Shown here piece by piece: positions 55,476 through 62,838 of a stretch of 64,000 nt of DNA. Source of the stretch: Candidatus Saccharimonadota bacterium. Lineage in GTDB: Bacteria > Patescibacteriota > Saccharimonadia > Saccharimonadales > DTSZ01. A program made the translations under genes and the position numbers. Where the stretch lies: positions 92,937 through 156,936 of the forward strand of contig DTSZ01000001.1 in NCBI GenBank assembly GCA_012965045.1, read 5' to 3'. The notes under the pieces are model-generated. The model was not told where the DNA came from and made no database searches. It saw nothing but the letters and a program-made list of their open reading frames with translations. Positions within the stretch are counted from its first letter, which is position 1. Each line of letters opens with the position of its first letter.

Positions 55476-56720
55476 AGCTTTTACACCTTGGTTTTTTAAG
55501 TCATCTCTCAATATTTTCATCATTTGGCTTGGTCCACAAATAATATATTGTGCACTCTGCCAATCTGGGACGTTTTCTTTGATTTTTGAAGCTGTTATTC
55601 GATCTGCCCTGCTGCCTGCTTTTGAGCTCTTCTCTTCACTATAGAATTCATGCAAATTTTGGCCTAGTTCTCTGCGGAGACTAGTTATGAAGTTTGCATT
55701 TTCTCTCTGTCGGTTGGCATAGAAGAGCTGTTTATTTTTTAACTTTGGATTAAAAAGATGCATCAAAAAAGGCGTTATGCCAATACCTCCGGCAATAAAT
55801 ACAATTGTCTCACCAGAATTTAGGTTTGCGACTTGTGTAAATGTCCCGTACGGACCATCAATATACATGGTTGCGCCCTGTTTGACCCTCGTTAACTCCC
55901 CGGTGTATCTACCAAACACCTTAAAGGCTACAAATATATTCCCACTTTTTTTGCTATAGTGAGCAACGCTAAACGGGTGGGATTCGCTCGTTATGGAGCG
56001 GCGAAGATATACGTACTGCCCTGGCTTAATTCGTAACTTTTTATTTTGTGGCGACAGTTCGAGCAGCACTACATGTCCATTTAACTTCGTTAGCTTAATG
56101 ACTGTGTACTTAGTTCTCCCTAAAGACACAAACATTCGAAGTCTTACGACGGTAAATACTCCAAATACGGCAGCGAGTGAATACCAGTATGCAAAGACAG
56201 CATGATTAATAAAGCTAGTTCCAATACTTGGTGCGTGGATAAAGACAAACGGCAGAGAGATATAGGCAAGATAGTGAATATACTTCCACAACCTGTAACT
56301 CAAGAATCTCCTAAGCAGAACGGATGTGAGCCATATAGTTAGGATGAAAAAGAGGGCAATTCTTCCGTAGCTCACGCTTGTCTCTAGTCCGCCAGAAAAG
56401 TTTAGTGCAAATGAATATGTCCACGACTTTGCATAAAGAATCGTAGCTGCAACTGGATGTGCAAAGATTAGCAGACTCCCCCAGACACCAAACAGTACAT
56501 GCAGGCGCGTGACCCACGGCAATTCGTTAAAATATAATCCTGAAACACTACGGGTGCCAAGAATGTATTGCCAAAGAATTAGCACTGTGCCAATGAATCC
56601 AGAGAAAGTGGAAATATATAGCCACGTCAACTTTGGCGTTCCAGCTAGAATAAATGTTGGTAGAATCGACAGCAATATTAGGCAAAATAAAAGTATCTTC
56701 TTGTTTTTTTCGTTTTGCAT
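55443..56720 (-). CDS. NOX/FRE-family transmembrane oxidoreductase (ferric-reductase haem domain plus FAD/NAD(P)H-binding domain)
   Basis: Six TM helices carry two His pairs, 14 and 13 residues apart (LHV..FAHP; IHY..FIHAP). FAD motif HPFS, NAD(P)H motif GGIGITP, and a C-terminal CGP are present. Confidence 0.8.
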   Translation of the reverse strand: MQNEKNKKILLFCLILLSILPTFILAGTPKLTWLYISTFSGFIGTVLILWQYILGTRSVSGLYFNELPWVTRLHVLFGVWGSLLIFAHPVAATILYAKSWTYSFALNFSGGLETSVSYGRIALFFILTIWLTSVLLRRFLSYRLWKYIHYLAYISLPFVFIHAPSIGTSFINHAVFAYWYSLAAVFGVFTVVRLRMFVSLGRTKYTVIKLTKLNGHVVLLELSPQNKKLRIKPGQYVYLRRSITSESHPFSVAHYSKKSGNIFVAFKVFGRYTGELTRVKQGATMYIDGPYGTFTQVANLNSGETIVFIAGGIGITPFLMHLFNPKLKNKQLFYANRQRENANFITSLRRELGQNLHEFYSEEKSSKAGSRADRITASKIKENVPDWQSAQYIICGPSQMMKILRDDLKNQGVKASNIHIEEFSF

Positions 56721-56860
56721 TTTAGTATAGTATCAGTTTTCTTGGTTGCTGGTTTGTTCTATGTGATTTATTAGGCTACCTATTTTTGCTGTAAATTGAT
56801 CGAAGATTTCATGCCTACTAACTGCTTAATTTTGGCATGTTTATACAGAAATTCATCTAG

Positions 56861-56935
56861 CTACGTAAGGTGTTCTTGGCCAATTACCTCGGCAAGTTTA
56901 TTGGGACGTAGTTTGTCGGCCAGCGGTTGATTCAT
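56861..56935 (-). pseudogene. displaced 5' fragment of rarA (24 codons plus stop)
   Basis: It encodes MNQPLADKLRPNKLAEVIGQEHLT*, which matches rarA MIQPLADKLRPQKLADVIGQEHLT at 21 of 24 positions. A TATACT box ends 7 nt upstream. Confidence 0.75.
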
Positions 56936-56951
56936 ATTATTTAGTATACTG

Positions 56952-57137
56952 GTGTTGATGTTTAAGAACACAATTCATAAAACCAACTGCAAGCGTAAGC
57001 GCCGGTTTGACAACTTAGAGTCGGCCAATGCAGCTTTAGACCTCATAAACCCTAAGCGAAAACCCAAAAAGCCCAACCGGGTCTACAAGTGCAATCAATG
57101 CTCTGGCTACCACCTGTCGTCAAAAAAATCTATTTAA
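56952..57137 (+). CDS. small basic protein with C-terminal CxxC (zinc-ribbon-like)
   Basis: 61 aa, GTG start. The pattern KRRFDNLESANAAL...YKCNQCSGYHLSS recurs in small bacterial and phage proteins of unknown function. Confidence 0.4.
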   Translation: MLMFKNTIHKTNCKRKRRFDNLESANAALDLINPKRKPKKPNRVYKCNQCSGYHLSSKKSI

Positions 57138-57402
57138 TAATAATCCGAACAGCTGTGATTGGTTTTGTAACTGCAGAGTTAATAATTTCTAACAATTCTA
57201 CCTGTTGAAACCGCAGCTCTGTAGCTTTTGCAGCAGAATTTGCAGTGACTAAAATTGACCGATCGGTGTTAATTTTCAGCAATTTAACAGATGTGTCGTG
57301 TAGTCGGCTTAATTCAGTTTGGATAATTTCAAGCTCGGACTTTTTGGAGTCAAAATCAAGCTGCTTGGCTTTCTTTAACAACAAGTCGCTAATAGGGTCC
57401 AT
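57130..57402 (-). CDS. DUF721/DciA-like small protein
   Basis: 90 aa. The pattern SILVTANSAAKATELRFQQVELLEIIN resembles the DUF721 core. It is the last gene of the gltX-to-RR minus-strand string. Confidence 0.35.
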   Translation of the reverse strand: MDPISDLLLKKAKQLDFDSKKSELEIIQTELSRLHDTSVKLLKINTDRSILVTANSAAKATELRFQQVELLEIINSAVTKPITAVRIIIK

Positions 57403-57408
57403 GCTGAA

Positions 57409-57786
57409 CTAACCTATGACTTGCTTGACCAATGCGACCAAGCTTTTAGGAGTAATGTCGGCTTTTATAAAGTAGCCGTCAGCACGAGTTTCTAAAGCTT
57501 GTTTAGACATGTCGTCTTGAGCGTAGTTGGTCATAATTACTATTTTGGTGTCGGGCAGGCCTTTGCCGTCTGCACCGCGCAGGTCAGCTAGAACTTCTAT
57601 GCCGGTGCGTTCTGGAATAAAAATATCTAGCAAAATCAAATCATAGGTTTGTTTTCGCGCTTGGGAAATACCATCTGGGCCGGTACTTACTTCGTCAACT
57701 TCGTAGCCAGCTTTGCGTAAGGCACGGGTGTACATTTCGCTAATGAACATGTCGTCTTCAATGCACAGTATCTTTTTTTCGTTCAT
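57409..57786 (-). CDS. single-domain (CheY-like) response regulator
   Basis: CIEDD, LILLDIFIPERTG, VIMTNY and YFIKAD receiver signatures. No output domain is present. Confidence 0.85.
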   Translation of the reverse strand: MNEKKILCIEDDMFISEMYTRALRKAGYEVDEVSTGPDGISQARKQTYDLILLDIFIPERTGIEVLADLRGADGKGLPDTKIVIMTNYAQDDMSKQALETRADGYFIKADITPKSLVALVKQVIG

Positions 57787-57986
57787 CGTAAAAACCTGCT
57801 TTCTGACAGAGTCAGAAACTCTGTTTTTACTTGCAACGCACTTCTTTGTTGCTTACTCCACTGCTCCTTCAGCGTATTGCTAATACGTTTCAGTCCGCGG
57901 TTCGTAATCGCCTTGAATTGCATCTGCATGAACGAAAAAAAGTTGTGATTGTCTGTGTTTTTCATATCCCTTCTTCTATCTTCCAT
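57783..57986 (-). CDS. possible small basic protein between kinase and regulator (uncertain)
   Basis: 67 codons. Its stop overlaps the regulator ATG (ATGA). However, its ATG is supplied by the recurrent purine-rich motif, and there is no recognisable domain. Confidence 0.3.
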   Translation of the reverse strand: MEDRRRDMKNTDNHNFFSFMQMQFKAITNRGLKRISNTLKEQWSKQQRSALQVKTEFLTLSESRFLR

Positions 57987-57990
57987 CTTC
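57971..57990 (-). repeat. purine-rich intergenic motif, copy 2 (GAAGATGGAAGATAGAAGAA on the minus strand)
   Basis: This is the best copy. It is preceded by ATATAGAAGATAA, which spans the kinase stop codon. Confidence 0.6.
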
Positions 57991-57995
57991 TAATT

Positions 57996-59516
57996 TTATC
58001 TTCTATATAGTGAATGATTTTTAATCCAGCCGTGTGTACCACGAGTAATTGTTGGTGAGTCGCCTTCTTCTAGTTTAGCAGCTATTTTTTCATATGGCGG
58101 CAAACTAAAGCCGAATGTACTGCCTTCTCCCTCTTTTGATTGTGCCCAGACATGACCGTGGTGAGCGTCAATGATAGCTTTGCTTATAAATAACCCTAAT
58201 CCAGTGCCGCCAAACTCTTTTTGAGTACGGTGTGATCGGTAATATTTTGTGAACAATTTCCCGACTAAATTGTCTGGTATGCCAACACCGAAATCTTGCA
58301 CAGTTGTTTCGATTTCGCTCTTGTCGTTAAGCCGAGCAGTAATGATGATACGTTCATTGTTACTACCGCTGTACTTAATTGCGTTGTCGACGAAGTTATT
58401 AATTACTTCGATAATACTAACCGGGTCGACAGCTACATGTGGCAATGCACTGTCGATTTTAAGTTCGATAGTTTTGCCGTGCGCTTTGGCGCGTATCTGC
58501 AGTTGGTCAACCGCTTGGCGCAAAATAGTACCCCATTCTCCTTCTTGCAGACTAAGGTTAAGCTTTCCGCGGTCAACTTTTGCAACATTTAGTATGTTGT
58601 TTATGAAACCACTTAGCTGGGCGGCAGAGGCGTCAAGTTTATGCATATAATTTTTTTGATCGGCAGTCATGGCCTTTTCTAGCTCGTCGGCAATGGTTTC
58701 TATATAGCCGCGAATAACCGTAACAGGTGCGCGCAAGTCGTGTGCAGCCATTGCTACAAAGTCGACTTTCATTTCTTCATGCTGGCGCTCAAGCGTGCGG
58801 TCCACCAGCATAATACTTGTTTCAATGCCGCTCTCTTCTGCCCGGATGTAGCGGGCCCACACATCAAAGTTATATTCTTGACGGTCTTTATTTTGAAAAC
58901 GAATTTCGGTCCATTGTTGTTCGGCATTTACCGCTCCCGCTTGTTGGAGGTCGACCCAGGTTGGTAGCACGTGTTTGTCGTTTTGAATTAATGCAAATAC
59001 GGCTGTAAATTCTTGGCCCAACAAGTCGTGGCTGGATTCTACACCGACTAATTGAGCGGCTGCTTGGTTGGCCAGAGCAATTTTTTTATTATGGTCTAAA
59101 CCAATGACCGGGTATGGCAAAATATTTAACGTCCGCGCAACTTGCCGAGCAGTGGAATTTAGTTTTTCTGAGTTGTTCATTGAGTTGCTAATGAAGTTCT
59201 GCAAAGAATTAAGTGCATGGGTAATTAAATCGTTTCCCAGTTGGCTTGAAACGGGGTCGAGGGTGGTTTCGCTAGCGGTGGCGTGTTCAACTTGCTGAGC
59301 CAAACTAACTAAAGGAGCGCTAAATTGTTTAGATACAGACAGCGACAGAGTCATGCCAAGCGCACACCCAACAACCAGGCTTGCAGCGAAAATAATTAGC
59401 GGTTGCAAGTCGGTAAAGCTAGCTAACAGCAATCCGACACCTGCAACACCCAAAACTACTACTGCCATTACAATAATAAGCCGTTTAAAAATTTGACCTT
59501 CGTATTTATTGGTCAT
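57996..59516 (-). CDS. sensor histidine kinase (PhoR-like architecture: TM-TM-PAS-HisKA-HATPase)
   Basis: ATG 59516 was preferred (MTNKYEG..). H-box AAHDLRAPV, N-box DNAIKYS, DFGVGI and GTGLGLFISKAI are present. Confidence 0.85.
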   Translation of the reverse strand: MTNKYEGQIFKRLIIVMAVVVLGVAGVGLLLASFTDLQPLIIFAASLVVGCALGMTLSLSVSKQFSAPLVSLAQQVEHATASETTLDPVSSQLGNDLITHALNSLQNFISNSMNNSEKLNSTARQVARTLNILPYPVIGLDHNKKIALANQAAAQLVGVESSHDLLGQEFTAVFALIQNDKHVLPTWVDLQQAGAVNAEQQWTEIRFQNKDRQEYNFDVWARYIRAEESGIETSIMLVDRTLERQHEEMKVDFVAMAAHDLRAPVTVIRGYIETIADELEKAMTADQKNYMHKLDASAAQLSGFINNILNVAKVDRGKLNLSLQEGEWGTILRQAVDQLQIRAKAHGKTIELKIDSALPHVAVDPVSIIEVINNFVDNAIKYSGSNNERIIITARLNDKSEIETTVQDFGVGIPDNLVGKLFTKYYRSHRTQKEFGGTGLGLFISKAIIDAHHGHVWAQSKEGEGSTFGFSLPPYEKIAAKLEEGDSPTITRGTHGWIKNHSLYRR

Positions 59517-60585
59517 AGCTGGTTGTTTGACCTTCGGGTTGAGCTGCGAACCATACTTTACCGCTGTTAATGGCGATTTGTTGACCTGCTTCGTCGGTAA
59601 ATTCATATTGGTCGGTTAGGTTGTTTTTAGTCCAAGTTGCTTTGGTGAAGCCGCCATCCTGAAAGATAAAAGCAGTGTTACTGCCAGTGCTTTGAATGCT
59701 GTTATAGGTTGTGCCGCCTTCGCTGAATTGACTGTATTTATTCTTAAGAACCACTACAACGTCAAAGCGCAGCTGTTCTTTAGTTTCTAGGTCGGTGTGC
59801 GGCGCACCAGCCAAGGTTCGCTTGTAGTCGTTGGTGGCAGGGTCGTATTGCCAAGCCGTGTCGTATTTTGCGGCTGAATACTCAATGTTGATCGTAGAGG
59901 CTGTTGGCGTGGCGAGTGGTTCGGGCTCTTTGCGCAGCAGTGAGTCAAATTCACTGGCGTTGCCACCGCCAACATTGCTTAGGTCGTCGTAGTTGGTATA
60001 GACATTATGTGGAGCAAACCGAAAGTCTACTCGTTCAAAGGCGCGCGTGCCAATGCTGAATTGATTGAGGTCTCTGCTGCCAAGTTTTGTTGCGGCTTCG
60101 CTAAGCGCTCGTGGGCTCCCTCCGACATGAGCAACATAGGCATTAAACGACAAAGCGAAGTCGGTAAAGTATGGCCGCAAGCTTCGCACTGGACCAATTG
60201 TTTCTGGCGTGTTGTCATGGAATAGCGCTAGGTAACGGGTTATGCCACCTTCAGCAATTGCCTCAAACACAATGTCGGCATCTTTTAGGCCAGTTTGCGG
60301 TCGTGCTTCGCTACTATTGCTGATCATGACTCCAATCACTGGCTGTTGGTTAACAGATTCGGTGACGTCGTGGCCGGTTGTTATCGAAGGCACGAGCTTA
60401 ACGGCTTCGCTGGCCTCGCTGGCTGACACGTCAAGAGCTGTTCGATCAACCTTTTCGACGCCATTAAAAATTTTCAAACCAAAAAAAATAGCAAACATAA
60501 CAATTACAACCCCAGCAGTACTGGCGCCGAGTTTTACTTTATTTCGTTTAATCCAAGCAGAAAAATCAGCAAGTTTATCGCGCAT
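59506..60585 (-). CDS. DUF3048 (YerB-like) membrane-anchored protein
   Basis: N-terminal TM, and PVIGVMISNSSEARPQTGLKDADIVFEAIAEGGITRYLALF, which is characteristic of DUF3048. Confidence 0.7.
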   Translation of the reverse strand: MRDKLADFSAWIKRNKVKLGASTAGVVIVMFAIFFGLKIFNGVEKVDRTALDVSASEASEAVKLVPSITTGHDVTESVNQQPVIGVMISNSSEARPQTGLKDADIVFEAIAEGGITRYLALFHDNTPETIGPVRSLRPYFTDFALSFNAYVAHVGGSPRALSEAATKLGSRDLNQFSIGTRAFERVDFRFAPHNVYTNYDDLSNVGGGNASEFDSLLRKEPEPLATPTASTINIEYSAAKYDTAWQYDPATNDYKRTLAGAPHTDLETKEQLRFDVVVVLKNKYSQFSEGGTTYNSIQSTGSNTAFIFQDGGFTKATWTKNNLTDQYEFTDEAGQQIAINSGKVWFAAQPEGQTTSYDQ

Positions 60586-60613
60586 ATGGTTATAAGTATA
60601 AGGCCTACGGGCA

Positions 60614-60632
60614 GAAGATGGAAGATAGAAGA
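60614..60632 (+). repeat. purine-rich intergenic motif, copy 3 (GAAGATGGAAGATAGAAGA, plus strand)
   Basis: It is inverted relative to the flanking minus-strand genes. A perfect 14-nt palindrome TATAGTTAACTATA (60637..60650) follows. Confidence 0.6.
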
Positions 60633-60646
60633 CTGAGTATAGTTAA

Positions 60647-62083
60647 CTATAGTTTGCTCTGGGCGATTCTTATACGCTCTAGGGATTCGTCTTTGCCTAA
60701 AACTGCTAATGTTTCGAATAAGCCAGGAGCGACTGTGCTGCCAGTCACAGAAATTCGGATTAGCTTAAATAGAACCCCAACCTTGGTTTCTAGCTCATCG
60801 ACAAGGTTGCGCAGAGCCGTTTCAAGGTCCTGTTCGCTAAAGTCGCTTTGTTGCAGCTTTTCAATAGCGGCTTCTAAAAAGTCGGTTAATTCGGTGTCGG
60901 TAAGCTTTTTAAGTTGCTTGTCGTTTGCAATAAAATCACGGGGGTTAAAGTCGGGCCGTGTGAAAAAGAACCGAGTAGCGTCTGGAATTTCGCTGAATTT
61001 TTTTAATTTTTCTTGAATTAAACTCAGGATTTTCTTTTTCAGATCATCATCGGCGCTGGCGGCTTCTTCGGGCCACCATTGTTTTGACAGTTCGTAAATA
61101 TCGTCAAGTTCGAGCGTGCGGATATGATGACCAGATATCCAATTAAGCTGCTTTTCGTCGTAGCGAGCGCCCGATTTTTGCACTCTATCTAAGCTGAAGC
61201 TATCTATTAAATCTGCACGACTATAAACTTCTTGCTCGGTTCCGTCGTTCCAGCCAAGTTTAACCAAAAAATTAAGAATGGCGTCGGGTAGGTAGCCTTG
61301 GTCTCGGTATTGAAGCAAATCAGGAGCTCCGTCACGCTTGCTGAGTTTTTTGTTGCCGGTTGGCGCTAATATACTTGGTAAATGCGCAAAAACTGGCGGT
61401 GTTATGCCAAGTGCTTTGTAAAGCATTAAGTATTTAGGGACAGAACTAACAAATTCTTCGCCGCGGATAACGTGCGTTACACCCATTTCAAAGTCGTCAA
61501 CAATGTGAGCGAAATTATAGGTTGGGTAGCCGTCGGCTTTCATTAAAATAAAGTCATCAATATTTTCTTTTGATTCCTTTTGTGGCCCCCGAACTTCATC
61601 GTTCCAGGCTGGGCTTTGTGGTTCGTCTATTTTGAGTCGTAGTGGCAAGCCAATCTGCCATTCTGGTGGGTTAGCAGGCCGGTGGTCGTTGAAGTGGAAT
61701 GGGCGTTTTTCGGCTTTGGCTTTTTCGCGCCATTTAGTTAACTGCTCTGGGGTGGTGGTGTCGGCGTAAGCTTTACCTTCGTCGACGAGCTTTTGGGCGT
61801 AGCGGGCGTAGATTTCTAAGCGTTCAGACTGGCGATACGGACCGGCTTCACCACCAATATCGGGCCCTTGGGTCCAATTCAAGCCAAGCCATTTTAAAGA
61901 TTCTATTAAGTGCGCTTCCGAACCTTGCACTTCCCTATTCTTGTCGGTGTCTTCGATGCGTAAAATAAATTCGCCATTGCTTTGCTGAGCGAGCAACCAT
62001 GCAAAGATAGCGGTACGAGCCGCACCAATATGCATATAGCCTGTCGGGCTTGGGGCGAAACGAGTTACGATCTTTTGTTCCAT
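60647..62083 (-). CDS. gltX: glutamate--tRNA ligase
   Basis: Class I signatures are PSPTGYMHIGAARTA (HIGH) and KLSKR (KMSKS), with a C-terminal anticodon-binding domain. Confidence 0.95.
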   Translation of the reverse strand: MEQKIVTRFAPSPTGYMHIGAARTAIFAWLLAQQSNGEFILRIEDTDKNREVQGSEAHLIESLKWLGLNWTQGPDIGGEAGPYRQSERLEIYARYAQKLVDEGKAYADTTTPEQLTKWREKAKAEKRPFHFNDHRPANPPEWQIGLPLRLKIDEPQSPAWNDEVRGPQKESKENIDDFILMKADGYPTYNFAHIVDDFEMGVTHVIRGEEFVSSVPKYLMLYKALGITPPVFAHLPSILAPTGNKKLSKRDGAPDLLQYRDQGYLPDAILNFLVKLGWNDGTEQEVYSRADLIDSFSLDRVQKSGARYDEKQLNWISGHHIRTLELDDIYELSKQWWPEEAASADDDLKKKILSLIQEKLKKFSEIPDATRFFFTRPDFNPRDFIANDKQLKKLTDTELTDFLEAAIEKLQQSDFSEQDLETALRNLVDELETKVGVLFKLIRISVTGSTVAPGLFETLAVLGKDESLERIRIAQSKL

Positions 62084-62119
62084 AATCCTATTGTATAGGA
62101 GTTTGTAATTTAGACTAGC

Positions 62120-62713
62120 TTACAGGTTCTTGTTGGCTCGCTTGACTGCAACTGCTCCGGCTACGGCGGCAGCTACTAATGCCAGAGTTCCACTAACAAT
62201 GTCTATTGACGGTGTTTCAGGTACATCTGCAAAGAGTGGTGGCGCTTCTAGTCCTCTAGCAAAATCCTCCGAAGTGTATAAACCACAAATACTCTCAACT
62301 TGCGGAAGACAGGTGTAATAATCGTTTTCATGCCTACTAGGTATGTATGGTCCATATTCAGGGTGTACGTAATCTGGTGGTGCATTAAGTTCTTCACCCT
62401 CCATCGGGCATTCCTCGATGGTTTGAACATAAACACCATCAGCACAGAAATAAAGCTCAGGGTCTTCTTCCACTGAATCAGAGTCTCCTCCCGCTGAACC
62501 CATGTCTAGATAATCATTATCTAGTTCAGTAACGGGGTCGTTGGGGCATTCTTGCAGTCCTTCATGATTATCTGCGGGCAGAATAGTCCCATCCGGGCAT
62601 TCTGTGTACTGATGAGGGTATTCATTCGGCTCAATCATAGTCGGCGTTGCTGGATCTTCATCACTTGATGGCTCGGAAAAAGAATAGCCGGAATCTTGGA
62701 ATTCGTAATTCAT
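62120..62713 (-). CDS. acidic Cys-containing protein with C-terminal hydrophobic anchor and basic tail
   Basis: ATG 62713 is preceded by GGAGA. There is no N-terminal signal peptide. The C-terminus is VPETPSIDIVSGTLALVAAAVAGAVAVKRANKNL. Confidence 0.45.
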   Translation of the reverse strand: MNYEFQDSGYSFSEPSSDEDPATPTMIEPNEYPHQYTECPDGTILPADNHEGLQECPNDPVTELDNDYLDMGSAGGDSDSVEEDPELYFCADGVYVQTIEECPMEGEELNAPPDYVHPEYGPYIPSRHENDYYTCLPQVESICGLYTSEDFARGLEAPPLFADVPETPSIDIVSGTLALVAAAVAGAVAVKRANKNL

Positions 62714-62838
62714 TATTATTTCTCCACAATTTATTGAAAACATATTACAATGAAAATTATGATTTGTCAATAGAGTTCCAAAACTGGCATTTTATTTTTC
62801 ATATCACCTAGTATCAGTGACGTTCTATTCTTAATAAA

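Larger units (their letters stand above)
49264..56860. mobile_element. integrase-less genomic island (metal/redox cargo) bounded by the intact rarA 5' end and a displaced rarA 5' fragment
   Basis: The rarA promoter plus its first 24 codons are duplicated (49195..49263 versus 56866..56935; about 78% nt identity by hand alignment). All genes in between are accessory-type. Confidence 0.5.

Noticed and set aside
60618-61016. A 132-aa plus-strand ORF starting MEDRRL, and the coincidence that three ORFs in the window start with MEDR.
   Set aside because: This ORF runs antisense through the well-conserved gltX gene. The shared MEDR comes from the ATG embedded in the recurrent DNA motif GAAGATGGAAGATAG, so it reflects a nucleotide repeat rather than a protein family.
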